The position numbers were made by a program, and so were the translations under genes. The notes beneath the pieces are model-generated. The model searched no databases and was not told where the DNA came from. It saw nothing but the letters and a program-made list of their open reading frames with translations. Below are positions 47,522 through 57,019 of a stretch of 64,000 nucleotides of DNA, in pieces. Location: contig QEUQ01000001.1 in assembly GCA_003577105.1 (NCBI GenBank), forward strand, positions 6,118-70,117, given 5' to 3'. Each line of letters begins with the position of its first letter. The stretch's first letter is position 1. This DNA is from Acidobacteriota bacterium (lineage in GTDB: Bacteria; Actinomycetota; Acidimicrobiia; ATN3).

Positions 47522-48190
47522 TCAGCTATCGCCCGCTGAAGTGAGACCGGGGATCTCGCCCGTGACCGTGTAGATCACCCTCTCACCGATGTTTACGGCG
47601 TGATCCGCGATGCGCTCATAGAAGCGACCGACCAGCGCGACCCGGATCGACACCTCAAGGTGCTCCTCGCCAGCCGAGAGAATCTGGCGGAGTAGATCAC
47701 GCTGATAGTCGTCGATCACATCATCCATTTCCTCGAGGGCCTTCGCCTTGTCGGTGTCCCTACTGACGAGGGCCTCAACCGCCGAGGCAAAAGTCCGGTG
47801 CGCCTGATTGCCCATGTCACGGATGATTCCGCGCAGTTTTGGATCGATCTGTTGCGAGTACAGCTTGCGCCCCATCTTTGCGATGTTGACCATCAGGTCA
47901 CCGGAGCGCTCAATCTCGTGAATGATTCTGAGCATCGATACGAGTGTTCTGAGGTCCCCCGCCATGGGCTGCTGCATGGCCATGAGCGCGTAAGTTCGCT
48001 CCTCGATGTCATGACAAATCGCGTCGATTTCCCTGTCGGACTCAATGAGATCCTCAATGGCCTTCAAGTCTTCATCGAGGAATGCCGCCGTTCCCCTGAG
48101 GATGTTTTCGGTCACCAGTCCGGCCATGCGGACCAGTTCGCCTTGGAGCGCCTCGAGTTCTTCGTGATAGCTGCGGCGTATCTCGTTCAT
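47522..48190 (-). CDS. phoU: Phosphate-signalling regulator PhoU (two PhoU repeats)
   Basis: MNEIRRSYHEELEALQGELVRMAG...ERSGDLMVNIAK...ADHAVNIGERVIY. It is divergent from senX3. Confidence 0.85.
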   Translation of the reverse strand: MNEIRRSYHEELEALQGELVRMAGLVTENILRGTAAFLDEDLKAIEDLIESDREIDAICHDIEERTYALMAMQQPMAGDLRTLVSMLRIIHEIERSGDLMVNIAKMGRKLYSQQIDPKLRGIIRDMGNQAHRTFASAVEALVSRDTDKAKALEEMDDVIDDYQRDLLRQILSAGEEHLEVSIRVALVGRFYERIADHAVNIGERVIYTVTGEIPGLTSAGDS

Positions 48191-48276
48191 CTCTGCAAGA
48201 TACAACCTGTGTCGAGGTTCCGCTAACGCCCGAGGCTGCGCACACATCAAGGAGTCACACGCTAAACTCATTTCCC

Positions 48277-49596
48277 ATGAATACAACCGTTGCCATTGGT
48301 ATAGGGGCAGCGGGGCTCGGGGCAGGGCTGTTCACTTCAATCTTGATCGCTTGGCGGTCCGCGCGCGCTCGGCGAGAAGTCCGCCGCAAGATCGCGGCAC
48401 TTGTCACTCGGCTGGATTCGGCTGAGGCCGGCGCGGCTATCGAGCGCAAGCTTCCGATCCGAGATGCACTCGAGCATCTTGAGAGTGCAATTGAGTCGAT
48501 GACCATAGGCGGCGATGTCGGACGATCCGATATCGAACGGATCTCCCAGGGTCTCGAACACCTCACCCTCGGGCTGATGATTGTCGATGAAAACAGCGAC
48601 CTCGTCGTTGTCAACGCACCAGCTCGTGAGTACGTCGAAGCACGAGCTGACAATGCGAAGGCCTACAGCAAGATTCAGGAGCTACTTGATTCCGCGCTCC
48701 GAGGCGGTCACGCCTCAGGCGAGGTCGAGCTGCTTGGCCCTCCAAGGAAGAACCTTCGACTTCGGGCATGGCCCCTAGATGACGGCAGGCGTCACATCGG
48801 AGCAGCGATAGTAATCGAAGACATAACCGAAGTTAGGCGCATGGAAGTGATGCGTCAGGACTTCGTTGCCAACGTCAGCCATGAACTCAAGACCCCCGTA
48901 GGCGCTGTGGCCCTTTCGGCGGAAATCCTCGCTGACGAGAGCGATCCGGCCGTCGCCCGGCGGCTGGCCGCGCGCATCCGAGATGAGTCAACCAGGCTTG
49001 CGCGGGTGATCGAAGATCTCCTCGATCTATCAAGGCTCGAAGCGGGCTTCCTGCCTCCGCGCGAACCGGTTTCTCTCGGCCTCGTCATGGCCGAGGCAAT
49101 TGAGCGAGTCAAGGGTTCGGCTGAACACAGATCGGTTCGTGTCACAGCATGGGAGCCGGAGCCCGTTGCCGTCTACGGCGACCGGCGGCACCTGGTCTCA
49201 GCGGCCCAGAATTTGCTCGAAAACGCCGTCCACTACTCGCCTGAGGGGAGCGTCGTCGAAATCGGCGCCGCCCCGTCTGTATCAGGGGTGGACTTGTGGG
49301 TTGCCGACGAAGGGATCGGTATACCCGAGCCCGATCTGGAAAGGATTTTTGAGCGCTTCTACCGGGTTGATCGCGGACGTGGCAGAGAGAGCGGCGGTAC
49401 AGGACTCGGACTGGCAATAGTAAGACACGTCGCCCAAAGCCACGGAGCAAACGTCGAAGTCGTGAGTCGAGAAGGGCATGGAAGTCGCTTCACAGTGAAG
49501 TTTTCAGAACGCGCGGAGATGCCTCCCGGACCACAGTTGGTCAAGGGCTCAGCAGAGCTGGAGATGGGCGAGCCCGAGGGGCAGGCGACTGCCTGA
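48277..49596 (+). CDS. senX3: Sensor histidine kinase (SenX3/PhoR type)
   Basis: An N-terminal TM segment, the HisKA H-box (VSHELKTPVGAV) and HATPase_c (N-box LLENAVHYS, G-boxes DEGIGIP and GGTGLGLAIV). Confidence 0.85.
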   Translation: MNTTVAIGIGAAGLGAGLFTSILIAWRSARARREVRRKIAALVTRLDSAEAGAAIERKLPIRDALEHLESAIESMTIGGDVGRSDIERISQGLEHLTLGLMIVDENSDLVVVNAPAREYVEARADNAKAYSKIQELLDSALRGGHASGEVELLGPPRKNLRLRAWPLDDGRRHIGAAIVIEDITEVRRMEVMRQDFVANVSHELKTPVGAVALSAEILADESDPAVARRLAARIRDESTRLARVIEDLLDLSRLEAGFLPPREPVSLGLVMAEAIERVKGSAEHRSVRVTAWEPEPVAVYGDRRHLVSAAQNLLENAVHYSPEGSVVEIGAAPSVSGVDLWVADEGIGIPEPDLERIFERFYRVDRGRGRESGGTGLGLAIVRHVAQSHGANVEVVSREGHGSRFTVKFSERAEMPPGPQLVKGSAELEMGEPEGQATA

Positions 49597-49662
49597 GAAG
49601 TTGCATTCGGGGGCATACCATGGGGGCGCGATGCCTCAAGTCCCCCGTAAACTCGCGAATCC

Positions 49663-50352
49663 ATGAGAACGATCCTGCTCGTCGAGGACGAACCCGCCTT
49701 CTCGGATGCGATCTCGCTCGGCCTTCAGCGTGAGGGATACTCCGTGGTGACCGCGGTCAATGGATCTGAGGCGCTCGCGGCCTTCAAGAGCTGCCGACCC
49801 GACATGGTCCTCCTGGACCTGATGCTCCCAGGCCGAATGTCCGGAATCGACGTATGCCGCGAGATTCGACGCGATTCAGATGTCCCGATAATCGTTGTGA
49901 CCGCTCGAGGCTCCGAGGTTGACAGCGTGGTATTGCTAGAGATCGGCGCTGATGATTTCGTGCGAAAGCCCTTTGGAATGCGTGAATTGATCGCGCGAAT
50001 TCGGGCCGTACTTCGCCGAGCTCCGACGGGTGCCGTTGCTGAAGCTCACGAGGTAATGGGATCTGGCGACGTGATCGTCGATACTGCCGCGCACAAGGTG
50101 ACGGTGAGCGGGGAAGCAGTGCAGCTGCCTCGCAAGGAATTCGATCTCCTATGCGCGCTGGTCGAAAACGCTGGGAGAGTCATGACGCGCCAAGGTCTGA
50201 TTGACCGGGTATGGGGATATGACTATGTGGGAGACACCAAGACTCTTGACGTCCACATAAAGCGGCTCCGAGCCAAGATCGAGAAGAACCCCGCTGAGCC
50301 CGCGCGGATCACAACAGTTAGAGGTGTGGGCTACAAGTTCGAGCCCGCCTAG
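49663..50352 (+). CDS. regX3: OmpR-family response regulator (RegX3/PhoP type)
   Basis: REC domain (TILLVEDEPAFSDAI...MVLLDLMLPGRMSGIDVC...IIVVTARGSE) and a winged-helix output (TLDVHIKRLRAKIE...ITTVRGVGYKFEP). Confidence 0.9.
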   Translation: MRTILLVEDEPAFSDAISLGLQREGYSVVTAVNGSEALAAFKSCRPDMVLLDLMLPGRMSGIDVCREIRRDSDVPIIVVTARGSEVDSVVLLEIGADDFVRKPFGMRELIARIRAVLRRAPTGAVAEAHEVMGSGDVIVDTAAHKVTVSGEAVQLPRKEFDLLCALVENAGRVMTRQGLIDRVWGYDYVGDTKTLDVHIKRLRAKIEKNPAEPARITTVRGVGYKFEPA

Positions 50353-51746
50353 CGGCCGAACTTGACCGGGAGTCGAGGCGGCGGGGAAGGGTCGATGCCG
50401 GCTCTCATCGAATCGGGCGTATGGGCGCCGAGACCTTGGATGATTCTGGAGACCGCTCTGGTCAGCGGAGCAAGGCTCTCGGTGTGAATCATCTCGATCG
50501 TATCCCCCGGATCGAAGAGGTACCGGGGCGCGGAAAGCAAGTTGACGAGGGGCACTCCCTCGAGATGGAAGTAGCCGCCGTCGGTTGTGGGGTGAGTGCC
50601 GAAGATCTCCGGATGCATGAGGAGCGACCGGTCGATCTTCTCGGCCTTCAGAGAGTCGACGACTAATCCTTGGAGCGCAGGGTTTGGTGAGGTGAACCAC
50701 CATCTGACCTCGGGCGGATCAAGTGGGATGAGCCGCCCCTCCTCCACCCTCGATGCCTTCGCAACGTGCTCAAGATGAACCTCGCAAACGACCGACTGCA
50801 ATTGGTCTCGATGCTCGCCTATGAAGGCCGCCGTGCCGGCACCGCCCGCCATGTGAGCCGCGGTTGCTACAAAAAGGAGATTGTGCGGGCGCGCATCTTG
50901 AGGAACGGCAGCCCAGGCAGCTGCCTGAGCGAGCAACATGGCGATGCCCGACGCGTCTTCGACGGCTGAGGCCCAGGGCGCATCGTGGTGGGTGCCGATG
51001 ACGATCCAATCATCCGAAGCCCCGGGCAGAATTCCCACTACATTTGCCGACTCCCCCATTGTCATGCCCGCCTCGACAGTCAGCTTGGCAGTCACCGCAC
51101 CCGAGTGGGCCATCTCCAAGAACCTCGCCCCGTCAGATGGGCTGATCCAGATTCCCGGGATCTGCCTTGGCACAGCGTCATATGGCACGTAGTACTGGTT
51201 CGTATCCCAGAAGCCATCGTTGAGAATCCCGACGAAGCCAACCGCGCCTTGCTCTGCAATTGGACCGAGGAGGTCAATCGCTCTGGAGCTGAACGGATAA
51301 GTCTGGGTGAGCACATCAAACGATTCATCGGGATCAACCGCTTCACTTGCCAGCGCTCGCATCACCGGGCCAGGCAGCGTAATGAGATCGACTTCCTCCC
51401 ACGCTATGGCCCCGTCAACGGGTTGCCTGTCGAGTTGCGCAATTGATGCCGTGACTCCGCGAGTCGGACTGCAATATGGAAGTGCGAATCCCTCGATGAA
51501 CTGCGTGGTTGCGGGATCGTCGCTCCGCCTCAGTTCCAGGCCTGCGGATTCACAGGACCAGAGCAGAACGTCGAGGGGCTCGAGGTGCACATCCTGAAGG
51601 CCGAAGCTCTCGAACTTTGCCGCTATCCACTCAATGGCGGTCTCGTCGGCGGGCGTACACGGTCTTCTCACTCCCCACGACACGATCTCTTCTATCCAGC
51701 CAAGAAGCGTCGCCGTATCCGGATGCGATGTGACCGGTGAGATCAC
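50349..51746 (-). CDS. Putative M28-family metallopeptidase
   Basis: VIGTHHDAPW...EDASGIAMLLA...GTHPTTDGGYFHLEGVP resembles M28 metal-ligand blocks, though the Glu-Glu motif is not obvious. The gene overlaps the convergent regX3 end by 4 nt. Confidence 0.5.
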   Translation of the reverse strand: MISPVTSHPDTATLLGWIEEIVSWGVRRPCTPADETAIEWIAAKFESFGLQDVHLEPLDVLLWSCESAGLELRRSDDPATTQFIEGFALPYCSPTRGVTASIAQLDRQPVDGAIAWEEVDLITLPGPVMRALASEAVDPDESFDVLTQTYPFSSRAIDLLGPIAEQGAVGFVGILNDGFWDTNQYYVPYDAVPRQIPGIWISPSDGARFLEMAHSGAVTAKLTVEAGMTMGESANVVGILPGASDDWIVIGTHHDAPWASAVEDASGIAMLLAQAAAWAAVPQDARPHNLLFVATAAHMAGGAGTAAFIGEHRDQLQSVVCEVHLEHVAKASRVEEGRLIPLDPPEVRWWFTSPNPALQGLVVDSLKAEKIDRSLLMHPEIFGTHPTTDGGYFHLEGVPLVNLLSAPRYLFDPGDTIEMIHTESLAPLTRAVSRIIQGLGAHTPDSMRAGIDPSPPPRLPVKFGR

Positions 51747-51915
51747 CGGATCTCTCCCTTACAGTTTCCGACTCGATGCCGCGCGAGCGCTCGATTGAAG
51801 CGGTACTTTGCTGAGGGTATCGCACAGCCCGAGGATCATGTTGGTGGGGCGTGTGGCCGCACTCGCGTGTGCTCCCTTTTCGGGGATGTGCCCGAGGAGG
51901 GATGGGCGATGATGC

Positions 51916-53271
51916 CTAGCCGATTTCCGATGCCACAACGCGGGCAACACGGTCAGCTTGCTGGTGGGCTGTTTCTTCATCACCTGCTTCGACCATCACC
52001 CTGACCAACGGTTCCGTCCCCGATGGTCGAAGGAGAATTCTGCCTTGGTCACCCAAGCTCTTCTCGGCTTCAGCTACCGCGGACCAAACCGACTCGGCCT
52101 CGCCCAGGAGTGACTTGTCGCGAACTTTGACATTGATCAGTACCTGGGGAAAGCGGGTCATCACCGATGCAAGCTCCTTGAGGCTACGACCGGTCTTGGC
52201 CATGATTTCCATGAGCTTCAAACCTGTCAGCAGGCCGTCACCTGTAGTCGAGCTATCGGCGAAAATTATGTGCCCCGACTGCTCGCCGCCGAGGGCTACT
52301 GATTCTCGCCTCATGGTTTCGATCACGTATCGATCACCGACGGGGCACTCGAGTACTTCGATTCCGCTTGCTTCCATCGCCTTGCGAAAACCGAGATTCG
52401 CCATGACAGTCGCGACGACCCTCGATGTCGCGCGGTCTGTCCCTAGTCCTCCTGTCGCGGCGATTGCGAGAATCTGATCGCCATCGACGACTGAACCCGC
52501 TGCATCAACTGCGAGAACACGGTCGGCATCACCGTCAAAGGCAAGACCGAGGTCCGCACCCGCCTCAACCACGGCACTCTGCAGTTGCGTGGTGTCGGTC
52601 GAACCACATCCTGCGTTGATGTTGTCTCCGTCGGGCGCGTCAAACAGTGAGTCGACCGTTGCACCGGCCGCTGCGAAGGCGTGCGGCGCTGACTCAAACG
52701 CGGCTCCGTTGGCGCAATCAAGGATCACCTTTAGGCCGCAAAGGGCTCCTTCGCCGACGGTCGAGACAAGGTGGGCTTCGTAGATTGCAGCGAGGACCGG
52801 CGCGGAGATGACGGTCCCGATTTCGTCGGCGCGGGCCACGCTGGCCTCACTGGAATCATCGACGAGAGATTCGATCCTTGCCTCGACCTCGTCGGTGAGC
52901 TTGTAGCCGTCAGGACCGAAGAACTTGATGCCGTTATCGGAGGCAGGGTTGTGCGAAGCCGAAACGACGGCGCCCGCCGCAGCGCCTTGCTCGACCGTGA
53001 GGAAGGCGACACCCGGAGTCGGCACAACTCCGACATCTATCACATCTGCACCAGCTGAGCACAAGCCCGCGCTAAGGGCTGCGGAGATCATCGTTCCGGA
53101 GCGACGAGTGTCGCGACCGATGAGGACCTTGCTTCGCTCGCTTGCATCCCGTGACGACCTGCGAACGAGGACCGATCCAGCGGCTCGCCCCAGCGCCACC
53201 GAAAGCCCTGGCGTCAGAGCATCGTTGGCGGATCCACGAACTCCATCAGTGCCAAATAGGCGGCGCTTCAC
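51916..53271 (-). CDS. glmM: Phosphoglucosamine mutase
   Basis: MKRRLFGTDGVRGSAN..., the active-site SASHNPASDNGIKFF (phosphoserine loop), and the four-domain length. Confidence 0.95.
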   Translation of the reverse strand: MKRRLFGTDGVRGSANDALTPGLSVALGRAAGSVLVRRSSRDASERSKVLIGRDTRRSGTMISAALSAGLCSAGADVIDVGVVPTPGVAFLTVEQGAAAGAVVSASHNPASDNGIKFFGPDGYKLTDEVEARIESLVDDSSEASVARADEIGTVISAPVLAAIYEAHLVSTVGEGALCGLKVILDCANGAAFESAPHAFAAAGATVDSLFDAPDGDNINAGCGSTDTTQLQSAVVEAGADLGLAFDGDADRVLAVDAAGSVVDGDQILAIAATGGLGTDRATSRVVATVMANLGFRKAMEASGIEVLECPVGDRYVIETMRRESVALGGEQSGHIIFADSSTTGDGLLTGLKLMEIMAKTGRSLKELASVMTRFPQVLINVKVRDKSLLGEAESVWSAVAEAEKSLGDQGRILLRPSGTEPLVRVMVEAGDEETAHQQADRVARVVASEIG

Positions 53272-53317
53272 GCCTTTCTCTCCCGACTACTTGTGCCGAG
53301 CCACGAGGCGAGTCGAA

Positions 53318-53710
53318 TCAGCGCTTGGAGTACTGAGGTGCCTTGCGCGCCTTCTTGAGGCCGTACTTCTTTCGTTCTTTCTCGCGCGCATCCCTCGTGA
53401 GCATGCCGGCCTTCTTGAGCTTCGGACGAAACTCATCGTCTTCGCCGCACAACGCCCGGGCGATCCCCAGACGGACGGCGCCGGCCTGTCCCGTTATGCC
53501 TCCACCCCTGACGTTGGCATCAACGTCGTATCGATCAGCTGTCTCGGTTAGGCGCAGCGGGGAGGTGACGACCATTCGGTGGGTCTGGCTCGGGAAAAAA
53601 TCCTCGAGTGCACGTCCATTGACCGTGATTCGCCCTATTCCCGGACGCATCCGTACACGTGCAACGGCCTCTTTTCTTCGACCAGTGAATATCTGCGCGA
53701 TTTCAGGCAT
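53318..53710 (-). CDS. rpsI: 30S ribosomal protein S9
   Basis: The ...[19 protein letters not shown]... core and the C-terminal ...[18 protein letters not shown]. Confidence 0.95.
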   Translation of the reverse strand: MPEIAQIFTGRRKEAVARVRMRPGIGRITVNGRALEDFFPSQTHRMVVTSPLRLTETADRYDVDANVRGGGITGQAGAVRLGIARALCGEDDEFRPKLKKAGMLTRDAREKERKKYGLKKARKAPQYSKR

Positions 53711-54174
53711 CAGTCGCCTTCCTCGGTCCTGGCGCGAGCACGGCGATCGAGCTCAAATGGCTTAGGGGCCTGCGCGTCGTTCTTGTGCTCTGACTCTGCA
53801 TAGACGTGAAGCTTCTTGATCATTTGGCGCCCAAGGCGGTTCTTGGGAAGCATGCCCTTCACCGCAGCCATGACCGCCTCAGTAGGGTCATCGGCTAGCA
53901 AATCTGAAAGTGACTTCTCACGTAGAGATCCCGGATATCCCGTGTGGCGGTAGTAACGCTTCTTGGCGGCCTTGTCCGAGGTGACCGCAATCTTTGATGC
54001 GTTCACGACCACGACGTGGTCGCCCATGTCTATGTGGGGTGCGTAGCTCGCTTTGTGCTTGCCGCGAAGCAAGACGGCCACCTCAGATGCAAGGCGCCCG
54101 AGAATGGCCCCCTCGGCATCGATCAGATGCCAATCTCGCTGTATTCCCTTGGCGCTCGGGGAGTAAGTCTTCAA
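53710..54174 (-). CDS. rplM: 50S ribosomal protein L13
   Basis: (M)[40 protein letters not shown]...VVVVNASKI... The TTG start at 54174 gives about 154 aa. The ORF is open to 54285. Confidence 0.9.
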   Translation of the reverse strand: MKTYSPSAKGIQRDWHLIDAEGAILGRLASEVAVLLRGKHKASYAPHIDMGDHVVVVNASKIAVTSDKAAKKRYYRHTGYPGSLREKSLSDLLADDPTEAVMAAVKGMLPKNRLGRQMIKKLHVYAESEHKNDAQAPKPFELDRRARARTEEGD

Positions 54175-54338
54175 GGCGCGCTTTCTCGTCTCGGCGTAGC
54201 AAACGGTGACTGCGCATGCGGCCCTCGGTAAGTGGATAGCGCATGCAGGACCTGCAAGGATATCGGCCCAGCACAGGCCAGTCAAAGGGCGGCTGGTGCC
54301 CGGACTGAATTTCGAACACTGAAAGATTCAGAAGTCAA

Positions 54339-54845
54339 TTGAGAGTCACGCTAGAACAAGTCGATCGCAAAGCGCTGAAGGAACTCCTCGTCAAGAACTG
54401 GATGACGCACGACGCCATGTGGTTCATGAACGCAGTCGGAACCATGGGTATCGAGACCGCGAATTCGATGAACCGAAGCTCGGTGCGAATGATGGCCGGG
54501 GTCGAAGCCAAGCGAATTCGAAAGCTCATGGGCGTTGACTCGGTCGGCGACATCTCCACTCTCAGGGACTTCTTCGAAACTGCGCGCGAGCTGGTCATCG
54601 GTGACTTCATCGACTTCACTTGGGAATGGCACGCGAGCTCGTTCGATTTTGAGATCACCAAGTGTTTCGCGTTCGACGGCGTAAGCAAACTCGGTGTTGC
54701 CGGCGAATACGAATGTGGCATCTACGAGCGGATCTATGGTTGGCTCGAAGCGCTCGGAGTCGAATACGAGGTCTCGCCCCAAGTCGACCACTGCACGATG
54801 TTCCACGGCGGCGAGTGCAAGCGTACGTTCAGAGTCAGTTTCTAG
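54339..54845 (+). CDS. Hypothetical cytoplasmic protein (168 aa, Trp/Cys-containing). Function unknown
   Basis: The TTG start is embedded in a TCAATTGA palindrome, and a CTGAAagaTTCAG palindrome lies at 54319-54331. No recognised motif. It is the first of four same-strand genes. Confidence 0.45.
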   Translation: MRVTLEQVDRKALKELLVKNWMTHDAMWFMNAVGTMGIETANSMNRSSVRMMAGVEAKRIRKLMGVDSVGDISTLRDFFETARELVIGDFIDFTWEWHASSFDFEITKCFAFDGVSKLGVAGEYECGIYERIYGWLEALGVEYEVSPQVDHCTMFHGGECKRTFRVSF

Positions 54846-54861
54846 TTCAAGCGCGTTCAAC
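54845..54861 (+). promoter_or_regulatory. PHO-box-like direct repeat GTTCAAG-N3-GTTCAAC upstream of the phosphodiesterase gene
   Basis: GTTCAAgcgcGTTCAAccc: two GTTCAA units spaced 10 nt start to start, 32-48 bp upstream of the start at 54893. They resemble the actinobacterial PHO-box unit GTTCACC. Confidence 0.35.
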
Positions 54862-54892
54862 CCGAATCGCGCATCCACATACAATCTGAGCG

Positions 54893-56479
54893 TTGGGCTG
54901 GCCAATCCCAACCGGCCAAGACGAGGAGACGGGAATGCCAGGAGACAACGACATCACGGTGCAAATAGAGCAGGCCAGGGAGATCCTCTCCTCTGACGAG
55001 CTTGCGCCCATTTGCGAAATGGTCTTCTGGCGAGACGATCTCAACGGGACGCCCGCCTACGTGGTCGCTAATTCGATTGGGACTGTGCGCTACGCAAGGC
55101 ATGAAGAGGACGGCACTCATCGCTTTGAGGTCATCGACGTCGAGGGGGAGAATTTCCTTGAGAAGCAGGACCAAGGTGCGTTCAGCCCAGTCCACGATGA
55201 GCGATCCAGCCTTTTTCCAACCGCATCGGAGAACCACTACCCACATGCCTACGAATCGATCGCACAGATTTTCGACGATCCGAACGCACCCGACATGGCA
55301 GCCGTCCACACCGCCGCACACAACTGGGAAGATGAGGGCGGGCACCGAGGAGAGCACGGGTCACTTGACGTAATTCAGGCTCGGGCACCATTTATCGCAG
55401 CGGGAAAGGGAATCGCAGCCCTTGGCGAGGTCAACAGAGGCATCCGCTTGATTGACATCGCCCCCACAATCCTCCATGCGCTCGGAGCGAAGGCGACTGA
55501 CGGTGGTAGGTCGGCAACGGGAGAGGTGGCCGGACCTACGCTCCTGAAGCGCCAAGACGGCGTGGCCGCCACCGACATCGTCGACGAGGGCGACAGACCA
55601 GAGCGGGCAGTCACATTCCTCCTCGACGGATGCAACAACAACGTGCTTCACGACATGGCTGCGCGAGGTGAGATTCCCAACATCGCGCGCCTCATGGAGA
55701 TGGGCACCACCTTCTCTCATGGGGCAGCATCGAGCTTTCCTACGGTGACACTTGCTAACCACACCGCTATCGCTACGGGTACGCATCCGGGGCATCACAA
55801 CGTGCTGCATAACTCCTTCTGGGACAGAAGCGAAAAAAAGCGGATCGACACCAACCACCCGGCAACATGGCACCTCTGGAGCCAGTGGGTATCCAGTGAA
55901 GTTGAGACGATCCACGACGCCATCCACCGATCCTTCCCGGGCGAGTTCACGGCTTCGATCGATGAACCGGCCGACGGTGGGGCTGACTACTCGACCTTCG
56001 GGATGTTCAGGAAGGGCAGGGGCACCGGTTTCCCCGAGAGCCCGCACGAACTCCCCCACGCCAGCGCGCAGTTCGTAAGGCCCTTCAAGGACTACGAATG
56101 GTCGACGGCCGTCGATCACATGGGGCTCGAGCAGGCCACGGGGATTTGGAGTGGCCATTTCAAGGGCGATGACTATCCGCTTCCGAAGTTCATGTGGGTC
56201 AACTTCACCCTGACGGACTCGGCAATGCATCGAGGAGGGCCGCACTCAGACATATCAGAGGCGAGCCTTCGAGATACCGACGGAAGGATCGGGGAAATCA
56301 TCGCCTCGATTGAAAAGGCGGGGGCCTTTGAAGAAACCGCGTTCTTCCTGTTTGCAGATCACGGCATGGAGGAGTCAAATCCAGAAGTCACGGGGAACTG
56401 GGGAAAGATCCTGCGCGACGAGGGCATTAGCTTTCGTGATGAGGGCTACGGCTTCATATACGTAGGCGTCGAGGACTAG
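54893..56479 (+). CDS. Alkaline-phosphatase-superfamily type I phosphodiesterase / nucleotide pyrophosphatase
   Basis: Core: FLLDGCNNNVLHDMAARGEIPNI...SFPTVTLANHTAIATGTHPGHHNV (metal-ligand Thr nucleophile context) ... FFLFADHGME. A ~190-aa N-terminal extension is present. Confidence 0.75.
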   Translation: MGWPIPTGQDEETGMPGDNDITVQIEQAREILSSDELAPICEMVFWRDDLNGTPAYVVANSIGTVRYARHEEDGTHRFEVIDVEGENFLEKQDQGAFSPVHDERSSLFPTASENHYPHAYESIAQIFDDPNAPDMAAVHTAAHNWEDEGGHRGEHGSLDVIQARAPFIAAGKGIAALGEVNRGIRLIDIAPTILHALGAKATDGGRSATGEVAGPTLLKRQDGVAATDIVDEGDRPERAVTFLLDGCNNNVLHDMAARGEIPNIARLMEMGTTFSHGAASSFPTVTLANHTAIATGTHPGHHNVLHNSFWDRSEKKRIDTNHPATWHLWSQWVSSEVETIHDAIHRSFPGEFTASIDEPADGGADYSTFGMFRKGRGTGFPESPHELPHASAQFVRPFKDYEWSTAVDHMGLEQATGIWSGHFKGDDYPLPKFMWVNFTLTDSAMHRGGPHSDISEASLRDTDGRIGEIIASIEKAGAFEETAFFLFADHGMEESNPEVTGNWGKILRDEGISFRDEGYGFIYVGVED

Positions 56480-56527
56480 GCTCCCGAACTTACTTCGAAA
56501 TCGGCCAATGCTAAGACCGAGGACCTG

Positions 56528-57019
56528 ATGCTCAATATTGGAAAGCTTGACCACGTCGCGGTTGCCGTACCTCGCATTCGCGACGTACTGCCGCTATATC
56601 AAGACTTGCTTGGCGGCCAATACATCTACGGTGGCGATCATCTCGATCAGGGTTACCGGTGGATCCAGTTTCTCTACCCGGGACCCTTCAAGATCGAACT
56701 GATGGAGCCTCTTTCCGATGATGGCTTCTTGCAGAGGTTCTTGGATACTCGCGGGCCGGGGATGCATCACGTGCTGTTTTACGTCGATGACATGGAGGCG
56801 TCGATTGCCGAGGCCGAAGCAGCCGGATATGACGTGGTGAACGCGCATCTTGATCCGACAGGGTGGAGCGAGGCGTTCTTGCATCCAAAGTCGACAAGCG
56901 GCGTCCTGATTGAGCTCGGAAAGATCCCTGAAGGTAGCAAGGAACCCGAGGTGCCCGGTGAATTTGCGCACTCACTCGAGGAGCTCCTCGACGGGGTGAT
57001 GGGCGGCAGGCGTAATTGA
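56528..57019 (+). CDS. VOC-family (glyoxalase / methylmalonyl-CoA epimerase-like) protein
   Basis: LDHVAVAVPRIRDVLPLYQDLLGG...GMHHVLFYVDDMEASIAEAEAAGY has paired beta-alpha-beta-beta-beta modules with metal ligands at H, E, H and E. Confidence 0.7.
   Translation: MLNIGKLDHVAVAVPRIRDVLPLYQDLLGGQYIYGGDHLDQGYRWIQFLYPGPFKIELMEPLSDDGFLQRFLDTRGPGMHHVLFYVDDMEASIAEAEAAGYDVVNAHLDPTGWSEAFLHPKSTSGVLIELGKIPEGSKEPEVPGEFAHSLEELLDGVMGGRRN

Noticed and set aside
48191-48276. PHO boxes in the phoU/senX3 divergent region.
   Set aside because: Only one weak GTTCCGC-like unit is present, with no convincing 11-nt-phased partner. It is too weak to call without experimental data.
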